DNA of 64,000 nucleotides from Eledone cirrhosa (GCA_964016885.1 OZ024748.1:46500001-46564000); one strand, 5' to 3'. Shown: positions 1-13,745, numbered from the stretch's first letter. Made by a program: numbers and translations. The notes: generated by a model not told the origin, from the letters alone.

Positions 1-169
1 ATATATATATATATACACACACACAACTGAATATAAAGTTAGGTTGTACTTAACATTCGCATCCTGACGTATATCATGTGTGTAGTGTTGAGGCGTACAC
101 TCAACTCTCCATTTGGATACATTGTCGGTCTGTAATATAGAAAAGGTGTTATATAGTTTATGTTTAGAA

Positions 170-630
170 GTCGAAATTTCCTCTGTTTTTTTAAAATAAA
201 AAAATACATTCATTTGCGTAAAAGATTTTCAAGGTTTCAGTAAAAATGTTTTGAGGTATTTTATTGCTGTTATTGAATCTAGTTTTACCTAGAGTCTCTT
301 ATTGTAACCTATGTCAGATCTTTTTGCTTTTTAAAATCCAGTTATTGACTGAAAGTTAAGTAAAATTCCTTTTTAAAGATGTCGAATGAATTAAAGTGCA
401 TGTATGAACGCTGCTTGAATCTATTGGATGTTAACCCTATGTAAGTCTTACTATGTATGATTTGATAGGCATTTCATCGTTTAAGAGATTAGTCCCTATT
501 ATTTCAATTGCAATTAGAAATTAGTTCAGGTTTGTTTATAATACTATAGTTAAATAAATTAGCTGAGTTAGATGGAGTAATGTTGTCTTCGACGTTGAGA
601 GTTGTAGAATAGGATATTACAAAAATGATC
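170..630 (-). pseudogene. Degenerate Penelope-like GIY-YIG endonuclease fragment (Hydra-clade-like)
   Basis: Minus strand 449-384 translates as KTYIGLTSNRFKQRSYMHFNSF, preceded by VISYSTTLNV and a broken CNC motif; many stops and frameshifts. Confidence 0.7.
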
Positions 631-902
631 CTATTGAATATCTTATATTTAGCGGAAATATACGAAGGTGAGGTCTCTTCATTGAATCAACACTACCAAA
701 AGGAATCCTGGACATACATCACTATGTCGGAGATTCGGTTATCTTAATCATGAAACGCCCCCTCTTTGGTCAGTCTCCTATCTCCCTTCCTCTACTTAAA
801 AATTTCTGGTTCACCTCCACCGGCAAAGGGTGAAAATGGTGGTACGCCGCGCCAACGAAACGTACGTTCTTGGTGTGGCTCCGTTGTATTAACTTGCCTT
901 AA

Positions 903-979
<77 letters not shown>

Positions 980-985
<6 letters not shown>

Positions 986-1380
986 ATACTTGGGGAGGGT
1001 CATATTTGCGTAATATTGCCAGAATTAATAACAGAACACACTCACTGTTTGGTTGGTTTTCGCTTCTCGCTGTCTTTTATTATATCTGCGATCTAACTTA
1101 CTCGGTCCTCAATGTTGCCATTGACTGACCGGCGGTCAAAAATAATACAGATACAATATAGACACAAACACATATATATATATATAGTTTACATAATTTA
1201 CATAAATCTTTCGTTGCACATCTGCAACATCGTCAGTGGTGTTATATTCATTGTTCCTCCTGTTGTGTTGTATGCCTACGCCATTTTTTATTCAGTCTGA
1301 ATAAGTATAACAAGTATAACAATATCTGTTTCGACACACGATTTCATATAAAAATACCTCGCAAAACTAATTCATCGCCG
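980..1380 (-). mobile_element. PLE pseudo-LTR remnant with decayed hammerhead (1200-1243), TA-flanked
   Basis: Minus-strand 3' end GACCCTCCCCAAGTATAACAATA(TA)n matches the pLTR end of the 6.2-9.5 kb PLE. Motif CUGACGA-U-GUUGCA/UGCAAC-GAAA is present but stem I is poor. Confidence 0.65.
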
Positions 1381-1936
<556 letters not shown>

Positions 1937-2020
1937 AAAAGGTAAACAGAAATAACAACACAATCCGTACAGTATATGGAAGGTATATATTAGGTTAACG
2001 GTTGATACAGCAGGAAGAGG

Positions 2021-2056
2021 GTCTTAACGTTTCGGACGCTAGTCCTTCATCAGAAA
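2021..2056 (-). ncRNA. Minimal type I hammerhead motif in pLTR-like repeat
   Basis: CUGAUGA-A-GGAC(uagc)GUCC-GAAA-CGU-UA with weak stem I. Flanking 1936-2040 has a diverged inverse copy at about 17225-17330. Confidence 0.65.
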
Positions 2057-2516
2057 AAAGAATGAGAAATAAAATAGATTAAGGGGACGGGCGGGATGGA
2101 ATTGGAAAATATGTCTTTAGATAAAAATAATAGATCCATAAATGTTGACATCTCTTGCAAAACTGTTGGTGCTGGCGTTTTGTGTATGATTTGTTTTTTA
2201 GAAAAGTGTATGATGGCGCGCGTATACAAAATATAAAACAACCAAATTTTAGTTTAATACATTTAATTGCTGACAATTGTTTCTTCCAGTACAAGTAATT
2301 ATAATCTTAGTCTTCAGAACATTGATAAAGATATTGTCAGTGATTGTCAGACATTACTACTGATAGTGTTAGTGACAACATATTGAAAAGCAGGAGTGAC
2401 AAAAAGATGTTATGTTACAGATATCACAGTATAAGGAGCAATGGTGAAGAGTGAAATATTGAGCATATTATATATAAAGATATTCTTTAAAGTAATACAT
2501 GTGCAAGAGATACCAA

Positions 2517-2579
<63 letters not shown>

Positions 2580-3036
2580 AAAGTTTTATTTAAAATTGTT
2601 GGGTTACAACGAGTAAATATTTTATAACTGATATAAAAGCAGTCAACAGGTTTTGGAGTAGGTATACGATATTAAACAAATGGAAACTATATTTATAAAA
2701 CCATATTTATTTCATTATATATATTTCAGGGATATCATATTAAAAATATGGTATGCCTTCCTCAGACAAAATACAATATATAAAACCGTTTTATAAATAA
2801 ATTTGACATACCATTAAACAGTGCAACTTCCATTTAAAAAGTTGATTTGGTACCAATCAACTTTTTAAATGGAAGTTGCACTGTTTAATGGTATGTCAAA
2901 TTTATTTATAAAACGGTTTTATATATTGTATTTTGTCTGAGGAAGGCATACCATATTTTTAATATGATATCCCTGAAATATATATAATGAAATAAATATG
3001 GTTTTATAAATATAGTTTCCATTTGTTTAATATCGT
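2580..3036. mobile_element. Fold-back pLTR/retrozyme-like element with about 180-bp perfect inverted arms
   Basis: Arms 2666-2847 and 2855-3036; related copies at 20095-20437 and 40295-40577. Confidence 0.85.
2929..2994 (+). ncRNA. Type I hammerhead (mirror copy 2708-2773 on minus)
   Basis: Stem I UAUUUUGU/AUGAAAUA, CUGAGGA, hairpin stem II, GAAA, palindromic stem III AUAUAUAU. Confidence 0.75.
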
Positions 3037-3037
3037 G

Positions 3038-3099
<62 letters not shown>

Positions 3100-3103
<4 letters not shown>

Positions 3104-3375
3104 AAAATAGTCTGGACCCCGACGGTTGAGCTCCAACCGTTTCAACAGATACATCGGAACTAAGCCACCAGTATTAGAACGGAAGGAATCTAGCAATATA
3201 TTCCCGCCGTTCTAATACTGGTGGCTTAGTTTGGATCTAAATGTCGAAAGGGTCGAGCTCAGCTGTCGGGGTCTTGACTCGTTTCATATTACCCATTCTA
3301 CTACCCTAAGTATTGAGTACTCTGATGCTTTATGGTACGCCTGGTATCTTATCACACCCTCTTTGTTATTTATTT
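3100..3375 (+). mobile_element. Fold-back 3' fragment of the repeat family at 42057-44460
   Basis: Shares GAGCTCAGCTGTCGGGGTC...ATTACCCA...AAGTATTGAGTACT...TTATGGT with 44340-44460; internal inverted arms. Confidence 0.75.
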
Positions 3376-3497
3376 TATATATAAGTTATCCCGGGTTCAA
3401 TCGGGGTAAATATTTATACTTTGCATTACATAGCAGAGTATAAATATTTAATACAGAAATGGCTTCTACGGGTCTAGAACTGTCTCATTCGGGAGAA

Positions 3498-3544
<47 letters not shown>

Positions 3545-3548
<4 letters not shown>

Positions 3549-4545
3549 TATATTGAGTTATAAACGCAAAATAGTCTTTTACAATTAAATAGCTCAAAGA
3601 AAGGAATATTTCTGTGCCGTGTAATACAAATGAATATATGATAGGGATGACCACTGATACAAGTATACATGTGTTCGAATTGTAAATGACCAAGTTAGCT
3701 AGGTTGAAAAATACTAATTTAAAATAATATGGTTTGCCTGTCTCGATTTAAAGTAGTAAATCAATAAAGATAACAAACCTATAATCGGCAATCGCCGTTG
3801 ATACCAGGACAGATTCTAAATCTGTTTCGCAACAATTATTAAGTGAAAGTCACTATCCCTGTGCTCTCCTGTGGGTATCCAGGAAATTCGTACCTTTCCC
3901 TTCAAAAGACTTACGAAGACTGAGAACTATGTGTTGTTGAACGCACGTCACAGCGCCTAACGCTTCTCATACTCGTGCCGCTTAAAATAGCAGCCTGTTT
4001 TATGGGACTAAAGTTAGCTCTACGTATGGAGCCGAAAATATCATATATTGAGTTATAAACGCAAAATAGTCTTTTACAATTAAATAGCTCAAATAATCTT
4101 TCCGAGCCGTGTAATACAATTGAATATTTGAGAGGGATGAACACCGATACAAGTATACATGTGTTCCATTTGTAAATGACCAAGATAGCTAGGTTGAAAT
4201 ACTAATTAGGCGCTGTGACATGTGCGTTCAACAACACATAGTTCTCAGTCTTCTTAAGTTTTATGAAGTGAAAGGTACGAATTTCCTGGATACCTGGAGA
4301 AGAGCACAGGGATAGTGACTTTCACTAAATAATTGTTGCGAAACAGATTTAGAATCTGTCCGGGTATCAACGGCGATTGCCGATTATAGGTTTGTTATTT
4401 TTATTGATTTACTACTTCAAATCGAGACAGGCAAACCATATTATTTTAAATTAGTATTTTTCAACCTAGCTAACTTGGTCATGTACAATTCGAACACATG
4501 TATACTTGTATCGGTGGTCATCCCTCTCATATATTCATTTGTATA
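3545..4545. mobile_element. 495-bp-period partial tandem plus inverted segment, with hammerhead-like motif
   Basis: 3545 repeats at 4040; 4205-4545 is the reverse complement of about 3625-3960; HHR-like folds at 3800-3879 (-) and 4289-4368 (+). Confidence 0.8.
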
Positions 4546-4564
4546 TATATATATATATATATAT

Positions 4565-4844
4565 ATTAAGACAGGGGGGAAGAAAAAATGGCTTCACTTG
4601 TGATTTCAACAAATTTATTTTCTTCACAAAATCCCAAAAGAATTTTTTTCCGGATTAGAAAAAAAAATTTTTTTCTTAAAACAAATTATTTTTTAAGAAA
4701 AAAAATGTTTTTTTTCTAATCCTGAAAAAAATTATTTTTGGATTTTGTGAAGAAAATAAATTTGTTGAAAGCACAAGTGAAGCCATTTTTCTTCCCCCCT
4801 GTCTTAATATACCTAACTGAACCAAGGATTACACACATTTTCCA

Positions 4845-4846
<2 letters not shown>
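4565..4846. mobile_element. Fold-back fragment of the repeat family at 9698-11460
   Basis: Inverted arms TAAGACAGGGGGA...GGATTAG; same 3' end GGATTACACACATTTTCCAA(TA)n as 11440-11460. Confidence 0.8.
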
Positions 4847-4874
<28 letters not shown>

Positions 4875-4875
<1 letters not shown>

Positions 4876-5074
4876 AAGATCAGAGCAAACAGCACGGACA
4901 CTCTATCTCAAAATTATTTTTGAAAAGCATTTAGAAATGCGCAACCGGTAAAAACTTAAAAACTTAAAACCACAACTGAATACTAACCCATACAATCACT
5001 AATACTCTTTTATTCCTAATTAAACCATTTTTCAACTGTGAACAATTTGTCAGCATTTTCTATTCCGTTTACCA

Positions 5075-5076
<2 letters not shown>
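4875..5076 (+). mobile_element. TA-flanked dispersed repeat with hammerhead-like motif
   Basis: Reverse complement of 30975-31165; contains UUGAAAA-GCAUU/AAUGC-GCAA-CCGG-UA. Confidence 0.7.
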
Positions 5077-5106
<30 letters not shown>

Positions 5107-5402
5107 TGTCTGCAGATATTTGGGTTTCATGTAATGAATCTCACTACCTATAGGTACAAGTTAATGTCTTATTCCATCGAACCCCCGGGGAAGATAGAAC
5201 CCGACTCATAACAGAGTTCATTTGAACTTGGGATACATAAATTAAAGTATCATCACTTCTCTACACCACCACATGATATTTTGTTGATTTTTGGCATTTT
5301 GACATTTTATCTGGCAATCTGCTAATGATTCGGCTCCCCGCTATGCCACCGCCTTCGTTCACACACACACACACACACACACACAAATACATACATATAT
5401 AC

Positions 5403-5474
<72 letters not shown>

Positions 5475-6081
5475 AGACATTTAAAAGTGCTACTCGTTAA
5501 ATCCTTACGCTGTCTTCGCTTGCGTCGCTATCAACATTTATTACGTGTCAAAGTAATCTACAGGTAAACTTAAAGGGTTTTTTTCTTATACCAATAAATA
5601 TAGGTGTTGGTCGAATATTCATTTGCGTAACTTCTTTATAAATTATGTTTATTTGCGTTTTTTATTGAAATTTTTAGTAATTTTATACTTTATAAGACTG
5701 TAGCAGTAAGACGATCGACATATCTCCGGGGTAGAGGTAATTATTGTATAATTTATTGCATATTAATGTAGCATAGCGTATTGTTGTTACAATAATCGGC
5801 TAACATTACATTTTAGTAGAGGCTAAGTTATGTAACTGGAAAGAAAAAAACATGGCTTCTTTGTTAACGTTATACGTATATTATTAACACTTATAAGTAT
5901 ACAGGGATATTCCCATACACCACACACACACATTATATATATATATATATGTATATATATACGCACATACACATATATATATTTATTTATACACAATATA
6001 TATATACATATAGAGTATATAATATATATATAAATACATATACACAATATGTAATATATATATAAATACATACACAAAATG

Positions 6082-6175
<94 letters not shown>

Positions 6176-6380
6176 CGTTTCTGAATTTGTTTAGCAAGAT
6201 TCTTTATCTGAAAACGTGTGTTGAAACCGATATTGTTATACTTTGGGAGGGTCATGTTGCCAATAACAAACACATGCACCAGTTGCTTTCACTTCAATTT
6301 ATTATAATAAATTTATAAATTTAGGAATTTATAAATTTCCGTTTGGTTGGTTGGTTCCACAACCAGATGATTGTTTATAT

Positions 6381-9064
6381 AAGAAGATTACAGCTCACCA
6401 AAAAGCAAGCAGACAGGCTAAAACTAACACTAATTCTAAACATAAAAAAGAAGATTTATATAGAATTAAGTCATCAAGAAAAACATAAGCGTAACCTAAT
6501 ACAAAAAATAACTAAGATCACCACACCAAGAGAAAAATTAATATTTATAAACCTTATATGTCTTGAAGAAAAGTACATTGTTCAAGGATGTGACAAGCAC
6601 TTTAACAAGAAACTAAAGTGGCTCAAACAGATAAAACTAAATCAAGATACTTTAGAGATTATCGATAGATATCCCGACAAAATTGACGGTATAAATATGG
6701 CCAACATCTCATTAACAGATGAATACAACAACAACAACACAAATATATACGGCAACACTACGGTCGACTCTGATGAATTATCGATATTACAACTACCACG
6801 CAATTGCCGTCGCAGGTCGATGAACAAACAGAAGCACAATTTAGTATAACTAGATCTAAACTTAGAAATATTATAGAACAGTATAGCAAGAAGCATAATA
6901 GAATGGAGGCCCAACAACTGGGAGAAAAGTCTGCAAATGGCTTGCGTAAGCTCATGCAGCGCTCGCGTAATGGAGAGATTGCATGCTTTCCAACAGACAA
7001 GTCTGGCAGAATGTCGATTGACAGTCTGTCAAACGACATCCAGGCAATGCAACCCCACCTCACTAACACAAGAGAAGTAACACTACAAGAGCATGAGGAT
7101 AGAGAAAAAGCCCTCAATGCCCATATGGTGATGTGGACAAATATAATGCAGCCCAACAAAGAGACTGCCAACAACTTCCAGGCCTGGAACAATGACGTGC
7201 CAGCGTTGTATGGGCTTCGAAAAGACCATAAAACGAACAGTGACCCTGTCACAGGACCACCAACACGGCCAGTCTGTGGAGCTAACATTGCTAGTAACTA
7301 CAGACTTTCCTACTTCCTCTCCCTGATCATACGCCCCATCATTGAAATGTCTCCAGATATATGTGACAGCACGAAGGACCTCTTCAGCAGAATCTGCGAG
7401 AGTAACCGATCTAGGGACCTAACAAACTGCATAATAGGTAGTATGGATGTTGTGTCCCTATATCCATCTATTGACGTGGATTTTGCTGTGGAGAAATGCG
7501 TAGAAATGATCAGTGAGAGCAATGTTGAATTCCGTGGGATTGATACCAGTGAGCTGGGACTCCTACTTAAACTTACCTATAGTAATAATTATCTAGATAC
7601 ATATTGCCTTAGCAACCTGTGCCCTACAAGACCAGCAAGAGGCAGACCACCTACCATTACCTCAATGGCCAAGAAAACCCACACTGATAGATGGAACGGG
7701 TGGACCAGAGCCATACGGACCCCCGAAAACCACGATGAACTAAAGAAAATGATTGCACATGCGGTGGGGGCCAGCATAAAATTAAGCCTTAAGGAACATA
7801 TGTTCAAATTTAATGAAAAACATATGCCGAAGAGGAGGGAGCAGCCATTGGTGTTAGCATTGCAGGCGACATAGCTAACCTATTCATGGTATGCTGGGAC
7901 AATAGACTTAAACTTAAACTTAAAGAACAGTTAGAAGACCCCTTAACCCTGATAATGTACTCCCGCTACGTTGTAAAAACACCCCCACTAGAGAACAGTC
8001 AGGAATTAGAGAAAAACACCATGGAAAGCATCCAGCAAATAGCTAACTCCATCCACCAGAGTATTAGAGTTACTATAGACTACCCAAGCAAACACCCCAA
8101 CCATCGATTACATGTACTAGACACAGAGCTCTGGTTAGATACCATTAATAACAAAAAACAAATCCTCCATTCCCATTATGCCAAACCCATGACTTCCAAA
8201 TATCTGATCCACCGAAACTCAGCTGTTTCGGACCATACCAAAATCAACATACTGATTGCGGATTTGGTACGGGTGATGAGAAACGTGTCCCGCATGGGCA
8301 CCACAAAGAACTAGAGAGACACATACAACACTTCATCCACCGTATGCAGTTCTCTGGTTACAATCAGAGAGATAAAATCAGAGTATATAGAGGAGCCAGA
8401 ACCAAATGGGAAAAAATGGTAAATAATGACACAAATGGGACCTGACCCTTGTATAGGAGCAAATTTTGGAACTAGGAATAAGGTTAATAGAATAAACTCA
8501 TGGTATGATAGCAATACATACCAGAGTGTAATGTTCATTGATACAACCCCTAGAGGTGAATTAGCTTACAAATTCAGAAGGGCCGTAGATAAACATAAAC
8601 TCAATATTAGGATAGTAGAAAGACCAGGTACCTCCGTAAAAGCACTTATTAACAATACATATCCTTTTCAAAGACCTCCCTGTATAGATAAAAAATGTAT
8701 AATCTGTAAATTAAGCCCTCATATTAACTGTAAAACTAGAAATGTAGTATATAGCATAAGATGTACCGAAGGACAATGTAGAGAAAAGAATATAGTGTAC
8801 ATAGGTGAGACAGCACGTAGTAGAGGGGAACGGATAAATGAACACTCGCGAGACCTTCAAGATAGTAAAGAATCATCTGTACTCTACCAACAAGCTAAAA
8901 TAGAACATAAGGGTAAATTAGAGAACATAGAAATAAAAATAGAATTTACACACAGAAAAGACGCAATGTTTATACAAATCACAGAGGCAATAAACATAAA
9001 TGAACTCCAACCAAAATTAAATAGAAAACATGAATGGAACAGCAACATCACAACTTACAATTAA
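6381..9064 (+). pseudogene. PLE reverse transcriptase + C-terminal GIY-YIG endonuclease, frameshifted
   Basis: PTDKSG, PALYGLRKDHK, PTRPVC, motif A SMDVVSLYPSI, motif B EGAAIGVSIAGDIANLFM (after frameshift near 7818), YSRYV lacking DD, VLD; EN CxxxxCxxC...NVVYSIRC...YIGETARS...RINEH. Split over ORFs 6343, 6804, 7886 and 8426. Confidence 0.92.
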
Positions 9065-9261
9065 GGACAAAATGAAAACACACACGCACATAGAACAAAC
9101 AACCAACCAGTAACATGTAAATAAACGATAAATAAACAAATATAAACACACACAGACACCCGGATGTAACACATGCGCAAATTACCCACACAACATACAC
9201 AAAAACAAGATGGCGTAGGACAGAACAAAGGAGAGGCACAAATACAAAGAAAAGAATCCCC

Positions 9262-9305
9262 AGTCACTGAAGAGGTCACATAATGTGTGACGAAATAACT
9301 TTGAC
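9262..9305 (+). ncRNA. Type I hammerhead in PLE pLTR
   Basis: GUCA-CUGAAGA-G-GUCACA/UGUGAC-GAAA-UAAC-UU^UGAC; a second copy at 16369-16413 (-) has a CUA site. Confidence 0.8.
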
Positions 9306-9451
9306 AATATATAAACAATCATCTGGTTGTGGAACCAACCAACCAACCGGAAATTTATAAATTTATAAATTTATAAATTTATTATAATAAATTGAAGTGA
9401 AAGCAACTGGTGCGTGTATATCTTATTGGCAACATGACCCTCCCAAAGTAT

Positions 9452-9532
<81 letters not shown>

Positions 9533-9636
9533 AAATGTAATATATACATAATTCTTATACATATTTAACAGAAATATATACATTTAATTAACTTCCAAAC
9601 TCTCTCTCTCTCTATATATATATATGGTAAAGACAC

Positions 9637-9697
<61 letters not shown>

Positions 9698-9702
<5 letters not shown>

Positions 9703-10071
9703 GACAGGGGGGAGAAAAAAAATAAAATGGCTTCACTTGTGCTCTCAACAAATTTATTTTCTTCACAAAATCCCAAAAGAATTTATTTCCGAATTAGTAA
9801 ACATTTTTTAAAAAACATTTTTTAAATTAAGTCGTTGGTTGTTGGTTAGGTCTTAGGAGTTCTTGTTAACGTAGGAGGTATTGTTTCGTTTTTAGAAAGA
9901 CCTTTCACGCTGAGGTGCGCTTGTCAAACTGATGTGTATGTGGTGTGTCGTTCTATATATAGGGATTTAACATGTTCTATATATAGGGATTTAATAAGTG
10001 TAGGAGTGTAGGTGTGTTGAAAAAATGTTAATAGCTGTAATGAGTTGAGACAGTGAGTAGAGTTGGGTGGG

Positions 10072-10134
<63 letters not shown>

Positions 10135-10235
10135 GAGAGGTATAGAGATTGTTTTAGCAAGAAGCTGACGGCATTCTATAACATATATGCGACTATAACG
10201 TCAAGAAGGGAAAAGTAGTTAACGAAAGATTTAGG

Positions 10236-10289
<54 letters not shown>

Positions 10290-10445
10290 GTGTCTTTATG
10301 TGTTTGTGTGTACATATATATATATATATATGTATATGTATGTATGTATGTATATGTATATATATATATATATGTATATGTATGTATATGTATGAGTATG
10401 TATGTATGTGTTTGTATGTGTATGTGTATGTGTATATGTATATAT

Positions 10446-10497
<52 letters not shown>

Positions 10498-10594
10498 TTG
10501 TACATGTGTGCGTGTGTGTGTGTATGTATGTGTGTGTATGTGTATATATGTATATTTAGTTATGTATCTTTATGTGTGTATATATATGTATATG

Positions 10595-10666
<72 letters not shown>

Positions 10667-11454
10667 CATGTGGAGGTATGAGTACATATTCGTGTGTGTA
10701 CGTATGTGTATATGTGTTTTTGTATGTGTCTTTATATGTTTCTGTGTATGTATGTGGATGTATATGTACATGGGTGTGTGATTGATGGTGTGTGCCTATA
10801 TATTCCTACATATGCCCATGTGTGTATGTACGTATATACGCACATATGTGTGTGTTGAACAAAGGACTAATTTTGGGATGGACGTAGAAAAATTCTTCAG
10901 AAAATAATTGTTTACAAGCTTGGCAGGTGCGGTTTGCCTATGACCATTTTCGATACAAAGGAATACTAAAAGCTTTTTCCCCTGAATTTTTCGGGAATGA
11001 CTGGGGCAGGCCGCGCTTGCTACATTTCTCCCCACCAAACCCTACTCACTGTCTCAACTCATTACTGCTATTAACATTTTTTCAACACACCTACACCCCT
11101 ACACTTATTAAAGAGGGAGAAAAAAAAACCCACCGCACCACAAACATGTTAAATCCCTATATATAGAACGACACACCACATACACATCAGTTTGACAAGC
11201 GCACCTCAGCGTGAAAGGTCTTTCTAAAAACGAAACAATACCTCCTACGTTAACCAAGAACTCCTAAGACCTAACCAACAACCAACGACTTAATTTATAA
11301 AATTAAAAAAAATTTTTTTTAACTAATCCGGAAAAAAATTCTTTTTGGATTTTGTGAAGAAAATAAATTTGTTGAAAGCACAAGTGAAGCCATTTTATTT
11401 TTTTTCTCCCCCCTGTCTTAATATACCTAACTGTACCAAGGATTACACACATTT

Positions 11455-11460
<6 letters not shown>
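9698..11460. mobile_element. Fold-back repeat, arms about 9698-10074 and 11026-11421, interrupted by microsatellite-rich DNA
   Basis: Arms are reverse complements with small indels; TA-flanked. Confidence 0.8.
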
Positions 11461-11507
<47 letters not shown>

Positions 11508-11559
11508 AACGAAATCACTAAGACAACAATATTACTAAACCGACTACCGTCGGTTTAGG

Positions 11560-11667
<108 letters not shown>

Positions 11668-12393
11668 CTGCCAATTCCCCGCCTCACATCTGTAATGTAA
11701 TGTGCCGTAACCCTTTCACCTAAATTAGATTATCCATGAAGTTATTTCATTAATTCTTAAAAATTGATCGATTTTGAAGTTTCTTTAGTATATTGGCTAT
11801 CTGTTCTGGTTCTCTGAAAATTGAGTTCGATTTCAGCTTAGATAAAAACATTTTCTTCCATCCTTTCAAGTGATGATTAAGGAAGTATCAGCCCAGGGTT
11901 GTTATGTCACTAAATCCTTCTTTTACTGCGACATCTCCGATGTTCCGTTAGAACAAGATAAAGAAGGCTGCTCGAGGGGGTTGACTATGCTTGATCGTGA
12001 TTATATAAGCACTTAACAACCTCGATGAAGCTATGGTACATACTATCATATTTCAATCGATTGTGAAGGCATGAAAAACTATGCTCAAGGCCACAATGTG
12101 TGATACGTTTTGGTAAACAAACTCACGTCATTATTGCCAGTAACGGCAGTCGTTGTCAACGATCAAACATGGAGAGCCTACCAAAACTAATTTCGTATTT
12201 ACGCGTAATCTGTCAACTGTTTTAACCCCACCATCTGGCACTCGTGTACGTCTAACGGAACCCAAACTGCTGCAAGTATTCGGGTCAAGTCTCCGGCCTT
12301 ACTTATCTTTCTTCCTCACACGCTTCTATTAGTCTCGATGGCCCAGAAAAGGTGACATGGGCATTGATCTTCTCTTCCCGACTAAATAGAAAA

Positions 12394-12583
12394 TAATTGT
12401 TTCTACTTTTGGCACAAGGCCAGCAATTATCTCAGTGTATTACTGGTACCTTATTTTATCGACCCCGTAAGGGTGAAAGGCAAAGTTAACCTCGACGAGA
12501 TTTGAACTCAGACAATAAAGGGCCGTAACTATGCTACAAAGCATGGTGTCAGACCCTCTACCGATACTGCCAATCCACGGCCC
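12394..12583 (-). mobile_element. SINE family A
   Basis: Reverse complement of the 1697-1885 type sequence. Confidence 0.9.
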
Positions 12584-12603
12584 TCTAAATAGAAAATAAT
12601 ATC

Positions 12604-12810
12604 GATTTCTGGTTTCGGAACAAAGCCAACAATTTGAGGGGAGGAGAGGGGAAAGTCGATTAAATCGACCCCAGTGGATAACTGGTGTTTTATTTTATCG
12701 ACCCCATAAGGATGAAAGTTAACCTAGGCAGGATTTGAACTTAGACCGTGAAGTGTCGTAACTCTGTCATATAGTATGTTGTCCGACGCTCTACCGAGAC
12801 TGCCGATCCA
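12604..12810 (-). mobile_element. SINE, family A relative with longer tail
   Basis: Same head and core; extra GGGGTCGATTTAATCGAC tail segment. Confidence 0.8.
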
Positions 12811-12907
12811 TGAAAAAATAATAAGTGAAACTATGTCTTACTTCTATTAACTGCGAAGTTAATTTAAATTGAAACAAATATTTAATCGTTATATTAGACA
12901 CATCATA

Positions 12908-13096
12908 GGGCGGTGGATTGGCAGTATCGGTAGAGGGTCAGACACCATGCTTTCCAGCATAGTTACGACGCTTTACGATCTGAGTTCAAATCCCGCCGAG
13001 GTTGACTTTGCCTTTCATCCTTACGGGGTCGATAAAATAAGGTACCAGTAATGCACTGGGTAATTGCTGGCCTTGTGCCTAAAGTAGAAACAGTTA
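12908..13096 (+). mobile_element. SINE family A with target-site duplication
   Basis: Full head and tail; TTATATTAGACACATCATA is repeated on both sides. Confidence 0.92.
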
Positions 13097-13156
13097 TATT
13101 AGACACATCATATATTCCTTTAATTACTATATTCAGTATACTAGACCTCTCTTTGC

Positions 13157-13745
13157 GTGAGGGAGCATGGCCTAATGGTTACAGTGTTGGTCTTACAGTC
13201 GGTTCATCTCATTTCATCAGCTGAGTAAACTGGAGCAACGGGAAATAAAGTGTCTTGCTCAAGGAATTACTAAGTTAGTAATTTAATGTAAGGAACTTAC
13301 ATAAAATTATTTTGGAATATCTTAATTTAAATTGGAAACTTTTAAATGAGTATTTTATTCCATAGAATCAGAACCGGTTTTGGCCGGGTTGATAACTAAA
13401 GGGTTAAGTGACTGAGTGTACATGATCCCTCACTCCCACTGGACAGGTTGCAGGGGTAGCTCAAAGTATCTGCTGGTATTCACTCAGTGTGTGTGAGTGT
13501 GACAGCTCGCACCTATGCAGGTTCAACTGGTCTCCTCCAAGGTATATCTCGTTCGAGGTGTCTTAGGTGATTTTTAATGATAGGCACCCCAGTCCTATCA
13601 TCTCATTTCTACAGCTGAGTAAATTGGAGCAACGTGAAATAAAGTGTCTTGCTCAAAGAAAACATCACATCATCCGGTCCGAGAATTGAACTCACAACTT
13701 TTCGATTGCAAGCCCAATGCTCTAACCACTAAGCTATGCGCCTTC
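13157..13745. mobile_element. Composite repeat containing SINE family B pieces
   Basis: Minus-strand tRNA-like head TAGCTTAGTGGTTAGAGC...GAGTTCAATTCT and TTGAGCAAGACACTT core; block duplicated at 24816-25370. Confidence 0.8.

Larger units (their letters stand above)
6175..9459 (+). mobile_element. Penelope-like retroelement with inverted 5' pseudo-LTR, inserted in (TA)n
   Basis: 6230-6381 is the reverse complement of 9308-9459; RT and GIY-YIG coding remnants lie between; HHR in the 3' pLTR; TA tracts on both sides. Confidence 0.93.

Noticed and set aside
11345-11395. Possible hammerhead (GUGAAGA...GAAAGCAC) in the 9698-11460 family
   Set aside because: Could not build stems I and III or a cleavage triplet.
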